Shown here: one piece after another, positions 37,434-47,495 of the stretch
How positions within the stretch are numbered: the first letter of the stretch is position 1
Layout of the letters: each line of letters opens with the position of its first letter
DNA from: an uncultured Eubacteriales bacterium
Lineage (GTDB): Bacteria; Bacillota; Clostridia; Oscillospirales; CAG-272
Length of the DNA: 64,000 bases
Direction of reading: 5' to 3'
Assembly (NCBI GenBank): GCA_949747515.1
Contig: CATKFO010000047.1
Location: 8,595-72,594, forward strand
Program-made: the position numbers and the translations under genes
The notes under the pieces: model-generated
Databases searched by the model: none
What the model was told of the DNA's origin: nothing
Seen by the model: the letters and a program-made list of their open reading frames with translations, nothing else

Positions 37434-38212
37434 AAGCGCGACCTCAGCTCGTTTAGCTTTGCCTTCTTGTTTTCAGCCCTCATAAGCGCCTCTCCTATAA
37501 GCGCCGCGTCGACTCCGTTGTCGTAAAGCTTTCTCACATCGTCCGCCGTTCTTATCCCGCTTTCCGACACGAACAGGACGTTCGGAGGAACCAAGCGCCG
37601 AAGCCTGCCGCTGTTGCCCGTATCGACTGTAAAATCTTTAAGATTACGATTGTTAACCCCTACGATACGAGCTCCGGCGCGCAGAGCCGTCTCGACCTCA
37701 CGCTCGTCGTGCGCCTCTACGAGAGCGGAGAGGCCAAGTCCGTCGCATATGTCGATATATTCTTTTATAATACTCTCCGGCAAAATTGAACAAATCAGAA
37801 GAACAGCGGACGCTCCAAGCAGTTTCGCCTCGTAGATCATGTATTCGTCTACGGTAAAATCTTTTCTGAGACACGGAATTTTCACCGCTCTCGCTATTTC
37901 TCCGAGGTATTCGTCGCGTCCGAGAAATCTCTTCGGTTCCGTCAGAACGGAAATGCAGTCCGCTCCAGCCGCCTCGTATTCTTTGGCAATATCGAGATAA
38001 GGGAATTCCCGAGCGATAATTCCCTTAGACGGAGAGGCCTTCTTACACTCGCATATAAACGACATTCCATCCGTCGAGAGCGCTTTTTCAAATTCAAAAT
38101 TTCCGACCTGCGCGGATTCGGCAGCCGCCCTTATTTCCGACGCGGATATTTTATTTTTCGCCTCGAGCGTTCTCTCCTTCGCGTATATGGCCAGTTCTTC
38201 AAGCGTCGTCAT
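37430..38212 (-). CDS. trpC: Indole-3-glycerol phosphate synthase
   Basis: 260 aa. ECKKASPSKG, LRKDF, VGVNNRNL and ESGI motifs. Confidence 0.9.
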   Translation of the reverse strand: MTTLEELAIYAKERTLEAKNKISASEIRAAAESAQVGNFEFEKALSTDGMSFICECKKASPSKGIIAREFPYLDIAKEYEAAGADCISVLTEPKRFLGRDEYLGEIARAVKIPCLRKDFTVDEYMIYEAKLLGASAVLLICSILPESIIKEYIDICDGLGLSALVEAHDEREVETALRAGARIVGVNNRNLKDFTVDTGNSGRLRRLVPPNVLFVSESGIRTADDVRKLYDNGVDAALIGEALMRAENKKAKLNELRSRL

Positions 38213-38214
38213 AA

Positions 38215-39240
38215 TTAAGCCTCCGCAAGATTGCTGACTTCAATAAATTTTTCGAGAGTTTCGGCGGCTTTGCCCGAATCGATAAGCTCGGCGGCGAGAG
38301 CAACTCCTTCGACCGACGTTTCAGCTTTTCCGCCTATGTAAAGCGACATGCCGGCGTTCAGAAGGACCGCGTCTCTCTTAGGTCCCCGTTCACCACTAAG
38401 GATCGCTCTTGTAATAACGGCGTTTTCTTCCGGAGTTCCTCCCGCAAGATCGGATTTTTCGCAATGAGCAAAGCCGTAATCCTCGGGTATCAGCGAGCAA
38501 GTCTGCATCCAGCCGTCCTTGAATTCGCACACGGCGGTTCTATCGCACATAGAAATCTCGTCGAGCTTATCCCGTCCGTAAACAACCATTCCTCGTTTAA
38601 CTCCAAGATTCATAAGAACACGCGCCATGGGTTCGAGAAGATATTCGTCGTACACGCCTAACAGCTGAGCGTTAGGTCTTCCCGGGTTTGTAAGAGGCCC
38701 GAGAATATTGAACACTGTTCTGAATCCCAGCTCTTTTCTAATGGATCCGACGTATTTCATAGAAGTATGATATTCCTGAGCGAAGAAAAAGCATATTCCA
38801 ACCCTTTCGAGCAGTTCCACGCATTTTTGGGGATTTTGTCTGATGTTAACTCCGAGGGCCTCGAGGCAATCCGCCGCTCCGCATTTAGAGGACGCCGCCC
38901 TGTTGCCGTGCTTTGCGACCTTTAGCCCGCCGGACGCGGCGACGATCGCGGACGTCGTAGAAATATTAAAGCTGCCGGCGTCGTCTCCGCCGGTGCCTAC
39001 AATTTCAAACAATTCCATCCCGGTTTCTACCTTTACGGAATGTTCTCTCATGGCCGCCGCGCATCCTGTAATTTCGTCTACGGTTTCCGCTTTCGCGCTT
39101 TTTGTCGAAAGAGCCGCTAGAAACGCCGCGTTCTGAGTTTGAGTAGTCTCTCCGTTCATTATTTCGTTCATCACAGAGTACGCTTCGTCGTACGTAAGAT
39201 CTTCTTTATTTACTATTTTCACTATAGCTTCTTTAATCAT
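38215..39240 (-). CDS. trpD: Anthranilate phosphoribosyltransferase
   Basis: 341 aa. [30 protein letters not shown] and NPGRP motifs. Confidence 0.95.
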   Translation of the reverse strand: MIKEAIVKIVNKEDLTYDEAYSVMNEIMNGETTQTQNAAFLAALSTKSAKAETVDEITGCAAAMREHSVKVETGMELFEIVGTGGDDAGSFNISTTSAIVAASGGLKVAKHGNRAASSKCGAADCLEALGVNIRQNPQKCVELLERVGICFFFAQEYHTSMKYVGSIRKELGFRTVFNILGPLTNPGRPNAQLLGVYDEYLLEPMARVLMNLGVKRGMVVYGRDKLDEISMCDRTAVCEFKDGWMQTCSLIPEDYGFAHCEKSDLAGGTPEENAVITRAILSGERGPKRDAVLLNAGMSLYIGGKAETSVEGVALAAELIDSGKAAETLEKFIEVSNLAEA

Positions 39241-39394
39241 TATAATCTCCGTTCCGCCGCGACGCGGCTACGCAAATAGTTTTGAAATTCTTTCTAATCT
39301 GAAAATCAGAAAACGTAATCGCCGTTTATAGGTAAATTGAAAGCGCAGCATTTTTAACTTCGTTAACGCGCTATCGTATCTTTCACTATAGAGT

Positions 39395-39967
39395 CTATTT
39401 GTTAAGCTTTATAAAGTTTTCAATCATCTTCCCGCCGCAGGGGGTCATTATGGACTCCGGATGAAACTGCACGCCGTATACGGGATATTCAATATGCCGA
39501 ACGGCCATTATCTCCCCGTCCTCTGCCAAGGCGGCAACCCTAAGACAGTCAGGAATCGTTTCTGGGCTCGCCGCCAGAGAATGATAACGAGCCGCCGCGG
39601 TTTCCTCGGGACATCCGGCGAACAAAGGACAGCTCAAATCCAGCTTTATGTTCGATTGCTTGCCGTGCATTAACTTCCTTGCATATGTTATCTTTGCTCC
39701 GAACGCCATGCATATCGCCTGATGTCCAAGGCATACGCCTAAAATAGGTATGCGAGAACCTAATTTTTGAACCGTCTCGATAATAATTCCGGCGTTTTCC
39801 GGTCTGCCGGGCCCTGGAGAAAGAACGATTCTTTCAGGATTAAGCTTTTTTATTTCATCAACCGTAAGATCGTCGTTCCGTACAGTTTTTATATCAGGTT
39901 CTATCTCTCCTATAAGCTGATATAAGTTATAAGAAAAGCTATCGTAATTATCTATAAGCAATATCAT
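39395..39967 (-). CDS. trpG: Anthranilate synthase component II (glutamine amidotransferase)
   Basis: Preferred start is ATG at 39967 (MILLIDNYDSFSYNL), one nt after the trpE TGA. GVCLGHQ catalytic Cys and FHPES. Confidence 0.9.
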   Translation of the reverse strand: MILLIDNYDSFSYNLYQLIGEIEPDIKTVRNDDLTVDEIKKLNPERIVLSPGPGRPENAGIIIETVQKLGSRIPILGVCLGHQAICMAFGAKITYARKLMHGKQSNIKLDLSCPLFAGCPEETAAARYHSLAASPETIPDCLRVAALAEDGEIMAVRHIEYPVYGVQFHPESIMTPCGGKMIENFIKLNK

Positions 39968-39968
39968 A

Positions 39969-41420
39969 TCAATACTCGGCCTCCTCGGCAAGCTTAAGAG
40001 CGTCCACTACCGCTTTCGCCTTATTTATACACTCCTCGTACTCGCGCTCTGGCGCTGAGTCGGCGACGATTCCCGCCCCGCTTCTCACAAACACCTTGCC
40101 GTTTTTCTTGTAAGCGATTCTAATAGCTATACACGTATCCATATTTCCCGTAAAGTCTACGTACCCTATAGCTCCTCCGTAAATACCGCGTTTATTATTT
40201 TCAAGCTCTCCAATGAGTCTGCATGCCCGTATTTTCGGCGCGCCGGAAAGAGTTCCCGCCGGAAGCACGGCCGACACCGCGTCCTCCCGCAACCGTCCCT
40301 TAACAGTGGAACCTATGTGCATAACGTGAGAATATCTTTCAATAGAATGAAGCTTTTCAACCTCAACCGTTCCAAACGAGCATATCTTTCCAAGATCGTT
40401 TCTGCCGAGATCGACAAGCATATTGTGCTCGGCAAGTTCTTTTTCGTCTGAAAGCAATTCCTCCTCGAGACGCCGGTCATCTTCCTCTGTTTTTCCTCTC
40501 GGTCTCGTGCCTGCAAGAGGAAACGTATGGACGATTCCATCTTCAAGTTTTACAAGAGTTTCAGGAGACGCGCCGGCTACCTCTACGTCAGAGCCGGAAA
40601 AGTAAAACATATATGGAGAAGGGTTTGTTGTGCGGAGAATTCTATACGCGTTAATGAGGCTTCCCTCAAACGGAGCGCTGAGTCGATTTGACAGGACTAT
40701 CTGAAAAATATCCCCTTCGCGGACGTATTCTTTTGCTCTCTCCACCATACCGCAATACTGTTCTTTATTAAATAGAGGCGTTACGTCGCCGGCGATTCGA
40801 CCTCCGTCGTTCCTCTTCTCTTCACCGCGTTTTAAAAGCTCCGCAAGCTGCTTTAATTCCATAACCGCTTTGTTATATTCGCTTTCGCAGTCGTCAAGAG
40901 GCATATTGACGATAAGTATGATTTTTTGTCTGAAATTATCAAACGCGATAACCTTATCGAAAAGCATCAGATCAACGTCCTTAAAGCCCTCTGTATCTTC
41001 GGCGTCTGTTCTGGCGGCCGGCTCGCTGTATCCGAGATAGTCGTATGAAAAATAGCCTACGAGTCCTCCGGTAAACGGTGGAAGATAATCGAATCGCGGG
41101 CTTTTATACTCGCTTAATATCTGACGCAGACTTTCCGACGGATCCTCAGTTCTGAACTTCAGGCTCCCCGCCTTCATCTCGCCTGAGGAACAAGTAATTT
41201 CCATTTTAGGGTCGAATCCAAGAAAAGTATATCGTCCCCACTTTTCTTTTTTCTCCGCCGATTCCAGCATATACGCGTGTGAAGATACGTTTTTCAGTAT
41301 TTTGAGAGCCCGTATCGGAGTGCATATATCTGAAAGTATTTCACAGCTTACGGGAACCACGTCGTATTTTTTTGCCGCGGCCAGTTCTTTGACTTCTTCA
41401 ACGCTCGGAACAAACTTCAT
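39969..41420 (-). CDS. trpE: Anthranilate synthase component I
   Basis: 483 aa. LESAE, GAPKIRA and IYGGAIGY motifs. AGGAGG RBS. Confidence 0.95.
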   Translation of the reverse strand: MKFVPSVEEVKELAAAKKYDVVPVSCEILSDICTPIRALKILKNVSSHAYMLESAEKKEKWGRYTFLGFDPKMEITCSSGEMKAGSLKFRTEDPSESLRQILSEYKSPRFDYLPPFTGGLVGYFSYDYLGYSEPAARTDAEDTEGFKDVDLMLFDKVIAFDNFRQKIILIVNMPLDDCESEYNKAVMELKQLAELLKRGEEKRNDGGRIAGDVTPLFNKEQYCGMVERAKEYVREGDIFQIVLSNRLSAPFEGSLINAYRILRTTNPSPYMFYFSGSDVEVAGASPETLVKLEDGIVHTFPLAGTRPRGKTEEDDRRLEEELLSDEKELAEHNMLVDLGRNDLGKICSFGTVEVEKLHSIERYSHVMHIGSTVKGRLREDAVSAVLPAGTLSGAPKIRACRLIGELENNKRGIYGGAIGYVDFTGNMDTCIAIRIAYKKNGKVFVRSGAGIVADSAPEREYEECINKAKAVVDALKLAEEAEY

Positions 41421-41760
41421 AAATTCTTACCTCCTAAACATATTCGAGTCCCCCTGTCTACGACGACAAAAAACGCCCCGGACAGAAAGACAATCCTTCT
41501 GTCAAGGGCGAACAAAATAAATTACGTCCGCGGTGCCACCTTGATTCACGATAAATATTACCAATACCGTGCGCTCGACAGGATACCAACATATCCCCGA
41601 CAACTTACGCATGTCGACGCGTTGCGGAATACTCGGCGCTTAACCGCGCTTTTCACCGCACCCTCAGCGGTCCATTTGACGATCTGTTTTTCGCCTGTTT
41701 CTCAGCAACGCAGGCTCTCTGTAGAAGCATAAACGCCGTTATCTCCGCCTCATCGGTTTA
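41421..41760 (-). promoter_or_regulatory. T-box riboswitch leader, tryptophan specifier (UGG)
   Basis: Read on the minus strand. GAUGAGG K-turn region, AGAGAG, distal GCUGAGA loop, and specifier AAAUGGA with UGG at 41674..41672 just before the stem closes. The conserved T-box AAUCAAGGUGGCACCGCGG lies at 41546..41528, followed by a terminator. Confidence 0.85.
41468..41510 (-). terminator. T-box expression-platform terminator
   Basis: Minus strand reads CGCCCTTGACAGAAGG-ATTG-TCTTTCTGTCCGGGGCG followed by TTTTTT. Confidence 0.8.
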
Positions 41761-41764
41761 TTTT

Positions 41765-41793
41765 ATAATATCACAAAAAATACTTCATGTCAA
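41765..41793 (-). promoter_or_regulatory. Sigma-A-type promoter of the trp operon
   Basis: Minus strand reads TTGACA (41793..41788), 17 nt, then TGaTATTAT (-10 at 41770..41765). Confidence 0.6.
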
Positions 41794-41851
41794 TAGTATC
41801 AATGAAAAAAATCGACGCGCCGCAATAATTTCTTAGCTCCTTCCGGAAGAG

Positions 41852-43234
41852 TTATGCCTTCTGAGATTCCGCCAAAATTTTAAGCGCGTCATAGATTCCG
41901 CGAATCCCCATAATTTCGCAGCCATTTGATTTGACGGCGCGTTCGGTTTGCCTATACGGAACCGCAATTTTTGTAAATCCGAGCCTCGTCGCTTCGTTAA
42001 CGCGCTGATCTGCCGAAGTAACCGAACGTATTTCTCCGGCAAGTCCGATCTCTCCCATGGCGAGCAGCTCGTTTGGAACGGGTATGTCTTTAAGCGACGA
42101 TATTATAGCGAGTATAATCGCCGCGTCCGCCGCGGGATCGTCTATACGCATGCCTCCGACTACGTTCAAAAAAACGTCGCAGGCTGAAAGCCTAAGTCCA
42201 AGTCTCTTTTCAATAACCGCAAGTATAAGGCACATACGGTTATAGTCTATCCCGTCCGCAGTACGGCGCGGAGACGGATAAAAAGTCGGAGTTACCAACG
42301 CCTGCACTTCGGCGATAAGCGGGCGCGTTCCTTCGAGTATGCAAACGGCGCAGCTTCCGGACACGCCCTCGGGTCTGCCCTCAAGAAGCATCGCCGAGGG
42401 ATTGTCTACGGATACGAGGCCTGAGTCGGTCATATCGAACACGCCTATTTCGTTGGTGCTGCCGAAACGATTTTTAACCGCTCGTACAATACGGTGCGAC
42501 TGGCTTCGCTCTCCTTCAAAAGACAAAACCGCGTCCACCATATGCTCCAAAACCTTCGGTCCCGCTATTCCGCCTTCCTTGTTAACATGACCTACGATTA
42601 TAAGCGACGCCCCGTCGGCTTTAACGCGGGCGATCAGACGTCCGGCGCACTCTCTCACCTGCGTAACGCTGCCGGCTCCGGACGAAACGGACGCCGAAAC
42701 AAGGGTTTGAATAGAATCTATAATAATAATATCCGGCTTAACCGACGAGTATTCCGAAAGGATATTTTCTATAAGAACCTCGCTGTGAACGTACATTTCA
42801 GAAGGATCTACGTCAAGTCTTTTGGCTCTGAGCTTAAGCTGCGAGCGAGACTCTTCTCCCGAAACGTACATTATTTTCGATTCGTTTCCCAAATAACCGC
42901 AAAGCTGCATAAGAAGCGTCGACTTTCCGATCCCCGGCTCGCCTGCGAGCAAAACTGCCGAGCCAACTACCAAACCTCCTCCCAAAACTCTGTCAAATTC
43001 GCCGATACCTGTGGAAACGCGCATATATTCGGGAATATCGAGCTCTGAAAAACGCACGGCCTTTTCTCCGGTGACGGCAGCTTTTACAACAGCCGACGAA
43101 GAAGTTATTTTCACATCAGTAAACGTTTCCTCGGTAAACGTATTCCAAGCTCCGCAGGAAGGACATTTGCCCATCCAGCGAGGGCTTTGATAGTCGCACT
43201 CAGAGCAGGTATAAATTTTTTTAGATCCTTTCAT
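41852..43234 (-). CDS. radA: DNA repair protein RadA/Sms
   Basis: 460 aa. N-terminal CSECDYQSPRWMGKCPSCGAWNT zinc finger, Walker A GEPGIGKST, KNRFG motif and Lon-like C-domain. Confidence 0.95.
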   Translation of the reverse strand: MKGSKKIYTCSECDYQSPRWMGKCPSCGAWNTFTEETFTDVKITSSSAVVKAAVTGEKAVRFSELDIPEYMRVSTGIGEFDRVLGGGLVVGSAVLLAGEPGIGKSTLLMQLCGYLGNESKIMYVSGEESRSQLKLRAKRLDVDPSEMYVHSEVLIENILSEYSSVKPDIIIIDSIQTLVSASVSSGAGSVTQVRECAGRLIARVKADGASLIIVGHVNKEGGIAGPKVLEHMVDAVLSFEGERSQSHRIVRAVKNRFGSTNEIGVFDMTDSGLVSVDNPSAMLLEGRPEGVSGSCAVCILEGTRPLIAEVQALVTPTFYPSPRRTADGIDYNRMCLILAVIEKRLGLRLSACDVFLNVVGGMRIDDPAADAAIILAIISSLKDIPVPNELLAMGEIGLAGEIRSVTSADQRVNEATRLGFTKIAVPYRQTERAVKSNGCEIMGIRGIYDALKILAESQKA

Positions 43235-43343
43235 ATTTTGACCACGCCTTATTTATAATTTTTTCTTCTATAATTTTAATAGTTTTCGCTTCGTATGCGT
43301 TCGTTATATTATACCTTCGAGGCGCCTCGAGCCGACGATACTA

Positions 43344-44177
43344 TCAAGCAGACATACGAGAGAAGTATTCCAAAAGCGGCACGAATACCGAAACCGACAG
43401 CTTAGCCCTATATTCAGACTGCGATAGAAGAGACGATTCTTCCGGATTGGACAAAAACCCGCATTCGACAAGTATGGCCGGAATCGACATTCTGTCAAGC
43501 AAATAAATTGACGACCCCGCCTTTTTCGCTTCTCTGTTGTTTTGAGGCTGAAGGTGATTTTTCACATAGCTTTGGACTACTCCAGCCAGTTTCTCGCTGT
43601 CGTCGTTGCCGGGAGAATAATAAACCTGAAGCCCGCTGTATTTCGGATCGCTGAATTTGTTCATATGCACGCTTAAAAACAGATCGGCTTCAGACTCTTC
43701 CGTAGCTCTGAGTCGATTCTTAAGATCATACGACTTTTTCTTTCCTTTGTAATCTTCAAGGTCGTCGTATTTATCGTAAAGCAAACGATCGTCGCATCGC
43801 GTCATATCCGACGGAACTCCGAATAGCAGACACAGAGAAGAAATATTTTCGGACACCGCTAAATTAACGTCCTTTTCTACAAGACCTCCGTCGGAGGACG
43901 CTCCTCCGTCTTCGCCTCCGTGACCTGGATCAATCATAAGAAGACGGTCAGGGATTGAAGCGTTAGTTTTATCTATAACTCCCGCCGGTTGAAGCGGCGA
44001 CCGTTCCTCAATGTCCTTAGACGCGGATATAAGGCTTTCTCCTGAAGCTTTTCCGTACAATCCGCCCGCGTATACGCCGATAAGCGTCGCCGAGCACATA
44101 AATACGACGCCGAACAGTATGTATGTCGCCGTTTGAACAAAAACCCCGTTTTTCCCTTTTTTCTTCAATAATTTCAT
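43344..44177 (-). CDS. cwlD: N-acetylmuramoyl-L-alanine amidase, CwlD-like (spore cortex muramic-lactam pathway)
   Basis: Amidase_3 motifs IDPGHGGEDGGA, LSVHMN and ILVECGFLSNPEE, with a single N-terminal TM. Architecture parallels B. subtilis CwlD. Preferred start is ATG at 44177 (MKLLKKKGK). Confidence 0.7.
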   Translation of the reverse strand: MKLLKKKGKNGVFVQTATYILFGVVFMCSATLIGVYAGGLYGKASGESLISASKDIEERSPLQPAGVIDKTNASIPDRLLMIDPGHGGEDGGASSDGGLVEKDVNLAVSENISSLCLLFGVPSDMTRCDDRLLYDKYDDLEDYKGKKKSYDLKNRLRATEESEADLFLSVHMNKFSDPKYSGLQVYYSPGNDDSEKLAGVVQSYVKNHLQPQNNREAKKAGSSIYLLDRMSIPAILVECGFLSNPEESSLLSQSEYRAKLSVSVFVPLLEYFSRMSA

Positions 44178-44299
44178 AAATCTCCGCCTTTCAATTTTAG
44201 CCCTGAAGCCAAACGCCATAAAGCTTCAACGCCTTCCTTCAGTCGATGCAATTTTATGCGCGTCTGAAAAAGACTATGCTAAAAAAGGCGGCGTAACCG

Positions 44300-44905
44300 T
44301 CAAAATCCGCCGCGAGAGGAAAAATACTCGTCGGAAATTATAGAGTATACTCCTACGGACGCATATTTTCCCCTACTGAAAACCGAATCTCGCCTAACGC
44401 CTTCAAAGGTCATCCCAACCTTCTCCATAACCTTTCTGCTCCTTTCGTTCCCAAGCATATATTTAGCCTCTATTCTATGCAGATCAAGAGTTATAAACCC
44501 AAAATTTATTACGGCTTCAAGAGCCTCCGGCGCAATTCCCATTCCCCAAAAGCATGGATTTAAGACATAACCTACCTCGGCGGAGTTCGAGGCAAAATCA
44601 AAGCTTGTGAATCCGCATGTTCCTATCATTTTACCGTCGGAACGACAGGTAACGGCCCAATCGAAAAATTTGCCCGCTTTATAAGCGGATTGCAGATACG
44701 CCAGGTATTTATATGTGTAAAGCTTTCCGGGATGAGGCTCCCACAAAAGGTATTCGGTCACACGATTGTCGGACGCATATTCGTACATATCAGCGCAGTC
44801 GCTTTTCAGCATTTTTCTGAGTATCAGCCGGGAAGTTTCAAGCGTCGGAGGATTCTTAAAGTATTTATGCGTAAGTTCTCTTTCCGTTATAATCACCGCT
44901 TTCAT
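44300..44905 (-). CDS. GNAT family N-acetyltransferase (RimJ/RimL-like)
   Basis: 201 aa. TSRLILRKM N-terminus, WGMGIAPEAL loop, and RIEAKYMLGNERSRKVMEKVGMTFEG. Confidence 0.85.
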   Translation of the reverse strand: MKAVIITERELTHKYFKNPPTLETSRLILRKMLKSDCADMYEYASDNRVTEYLLWEPHPGKLYTYKYLAYLQSAYKAGKFFDWAVTCRSDGKMIGTCGFTSFDFASNSAEVGYVLNPCFWGMGIAPEALEAVINFGFITLDLHRIEAKYMLGNERSRKVMEKVGMTFEGVRRDSVFSRGKYASVGVYSIISDEYFSSRGGF

Positions 44906-45099
44906 ATTAACATGGATATTTTATCAGAATTTTCGCTCCTTTGCAATAATTATATTCGTCTACCCTCCGTTAAATTTACATTTTGCTTCTTTACATTGAC
45001 GGTAAGATATGATTAAATATATTTATCTGCTGTAATATCCCCCGTTATTTCCGAATATTCTTTCTTGAGACAAGCTAATGGAAAGAAAGGAAATACAAA

Positions 45100-45666
45100 A
45101 TGGGAATCCAAAACGTAAAACCGAGGCGCTCGACCGCGGCCGCTCCGCTTCTTGCTATTCTATTCGCCGTCGCGGCTCTTATAGCGGCGACGATATCAAA
45201 GATGCTTACTACCGACGCGCTATACGCTCCGGTAACCCCGGATTACTCCGCAGTTTCCGCAGCGGATTCGTTTTCGCTCGTCGCCTACGCCGGACGCTCG
45301 GCGGCAGTCCAGACGCTTATTCTATTTATAGGCGGTTTAACGTTCTTTTCGCCGGCGATATCGGCTATCGTTTTATCATATCGCGGAATATGTCTCGGAT
45401 ATACGGCGGCGGCTATCGTATCCGAATCTGTGGAACGCTGTCAAACGTCCTTATGGGGCGTTTCAGGGGACGCGATCGTTCCCATTTTATATTTTGTCGC
45501 TACAATTCCAATAATTATATTCAGCGCCTCCGCAATCTCGTTTTCATACGCTATGAAAAACAGCGACGGAAACGGAGATCGCCGCGGATTAAGATACTTT
45601 TTGCTTTTTCTTATGTCGTCCGGGTTATCAGTTCTGACAAGCGTGCTAATATCGTTTATAAAATAA
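45100..45666 (+). CDS. Integral membrane protein, function unknown (possibly SpoIIM-like topology)
   Basis: 188 aa with 4-5 hydrophobic helices. Chosen over the overlapping Arg-rich frame at 45078..45707. The SpoIIM resemblance is only at the level of topology. Confidence 0.5.
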   Translation: MGIQNVKPRRSTAAAPLLAILFAVAALIAATISKMLTTDALYAPVTPDYSAVSAADSFSLVAYAGRSAAVQTLILFIGGLTFFSPAISAIVLSYRGICLGYTAAAIVSESVERCQTSLWGVSGDAIVPILYFVATIPIIIFSASAISFSYAMKNSDGNGDRRGLRYFLLFLMSSGLSVLTSVLISFIK

Positions 45667-45744
45667 CGTTCGCAGAGAGCTTCGACACGAATTTTAGGAC
45701 GGCGTAATTATAATACGAACCTAAAAGAAAGGTACGGATAAAAA

Positions 45745-46722
45745 ATGTCTCAAAAAAACAAGGATGATAAAGAAAAACGATTCTTCAATCCTTTCTTTCG
45801 CTTAGAACTTGACGGTCCGGGCGTAGAAAAGGGAGAAGACGCAGTTCTGGACAAACCGACGTTTAAAAATTTTTTCAAACTTCTATGGAGAAAGCTGAAT
45901 CAACTGGTATCTCTGAATATTTTCACAATTCTTGGAAACTTCCCGATCTTCTTTATATTGCTTGTAATAGCGGGATTTTTCTCAACGTCCTCCAGCGCCC
46001 CGTCGTCTCCGGTGTTTGCTCCGCTAAGCGGCGTTATTTCAATCGGCGGTCAGCACTCGGCCGCGCTTAACGGACTTGTAGGAATTTACGGAGCGCATAC
46101 GGCGATAACAGTATTATCCTCTACAGATTATATTCTGCTTGGACTTTCAGCTCTTCTCGCGATTACATTTGGTCCGGTTATGACGGGAAGCACGTATATA
46201 GCGCGAGGATTTGTGCGCGAAGAACCCGTATTCATGTTCCACGATTTCTTTTACGCTATAAAAAGAAATATAAAACAGGCGATTCCTTTCGGTATTCTTG
46301 ATCTTGGAATAATATTGATTATTATATACGATATTGTTTTCTTTAATATGAATTACGGAGAAAATATAGGAACAACGATGCTGTTTTTCGGCGCGCTTTG
46401 TTTAGCGGCTATGTATTTTATGATGCGTTCTTATATTTATCTGATGATGATAACGTTTGATTTAAAAATTACTAAAATGCTGAAAAACGCGCTTATCTTC
46501 ACAGTGCTCGGCGTAAAAAGAAATATAGCTATGCTTCTGGGTTCTCTGTTCGTCGTTCTGCTAAATATATTTCTCCTTCTTTTATATCCGCCGGTTGGAA
46601 TAATACTTCCGTTCGTAATTGTCCCCTCCATGCTGATTTATATTTCAGTATACTGCGAATATCCCGTCGTAAAGAAAATCATGATCGATCCGTACTATAA
46701 AGATAAGCAAGAGTCCGAGTGA
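45745..46722 (+). CDS. DUF624/YesL-like membrane protein
   Basis: 325 aa. A polar N-terminus, then LNIFTILGNFPIFFILL and further TM helices as in YesL-family proteins. Confidence 0.45.
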   Translation: MSQKNKDDKEKRFFNPFFRLELDGPGVEKGEDAVLDKPTFKNFFKLLWRKLNQLVSLNIFTILGNFPIFFILLVIAGFFSTSSSAPSSPVFAPLSGVISIGGQHSAALNGLVGIYGAHTAITVLSSTDYILLGLSALLAITFGPVMTGSTYIARGFVREEPVFMFHDFFYAIKRNIKQAIPFGILDLGIILIIIYDIVFFNMNYGENIGTTMLFFGALCLAAMYFMMRSYIYLMMITFDLKITKMLKNALIFTVLGVKRNIAMLLGSLFVVLLNIFLLLLYPPVGIILPFVIVPSMLIYISVYCEYPVVKKIMIDPYYKDKQESE

Positions 46723-46742
46723 ACAAGCTCGGATTCTTGCTT

Positions 46743-47363
46743 TTATTCGTATACTACCGATATAGCGGCTGAAAATTTTTCTTCTCCATGAACCGCCTTG
46801 AATGATAAAACGTCCCGAATCTTAATTTTATCAGTGCGTCTCAGAGCTCCAAGTCCTTCTCCAGTCGCTTTTACAAGACTTTCCTTTACCGTCCAAAGCC
46901 GATAAAAAGCTTCTATGCTCTGACATGAATTTTCAAACTCTTCTTTTTCGCTTTCTGTAAAATAACGTCCGGCTATCTTTTTTATATTCTCAGCGTCAAG
47001 CCTTCCTCGGCGGTTCTCGACGTCGCATCCTATTTCGCCGTGTTTGTTAAAGTACGAGGCGAGATATATTTTCTCATCCGTCACAACGTCAGGCAAGCTG
47101 CGAGTCTTTATTTGGCTATGTTCGGGAACGCTTACGGCGCAAGCGACGCACCCGTTAGTATGCGAGACGGAATACGTAATATTTTCGCCTTCAACGTACG
47201 GCTTGCCATTATATTTCACTGCAAAATGCCACCCTTTTCGACCGGTAATACTCTCTAATATGTCGTTTCTTAAAATAAGGGATATTTCATGCTGTTCCGC
47301 GTATGTTAGATTAAGAGGCGTGAATCGACAAGATACGTAAACCACTTTCTCACTCGCTTTCAT
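46743..47363 (-). CDS. 4'-phosphopantetheinyl transferase (Sfp type)
   Basis: 206 aa. GCDVE metal site and FYRLWTVKESLVKATGEGL (W-x-x-KE-x-x-x-K) signature. Confidence 0.8.
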   Translation of the reverse strand: MKASEKVVYVSCRFTPLNLTYAEQHEISLILRNDILESITGRKGWHFAVKYNGKPYVEGENITYSVSHTNGCVACAVSVPEHSQIKTRSLPDVVTDEKIYLASYFNKHGEIGCDVENRRGRLDAENIKKIAGRYFTESEKEEFENSCQSIEAFYRLWTVKESLVKATGEGLGALRRTDKIKIRDVLSFKAVHGEEKFSAAISVVYE

Positions 47364-47495
47364 ATTTTTCGTTACAGATTCGAGACAATTACTTTTAAAT
47401 TGTTCAGTGCAAGTTAATAATTTTATTTTTCTATGTACAAATCGTTATATATGTGATATAATTATATTGCAAAGGCACAAAATAACAGAAAGGGC

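Noticed and set aside
45078-45707. 209 aa Arg-rich plus-strand ORF
   Set aside because: It is an alternative frame of the same stretch as the 188 aa membrane protein. The membrane-protein frame has coherent TM helices, whereas this frame is Arg/Ser/Ile-rich nonsense.
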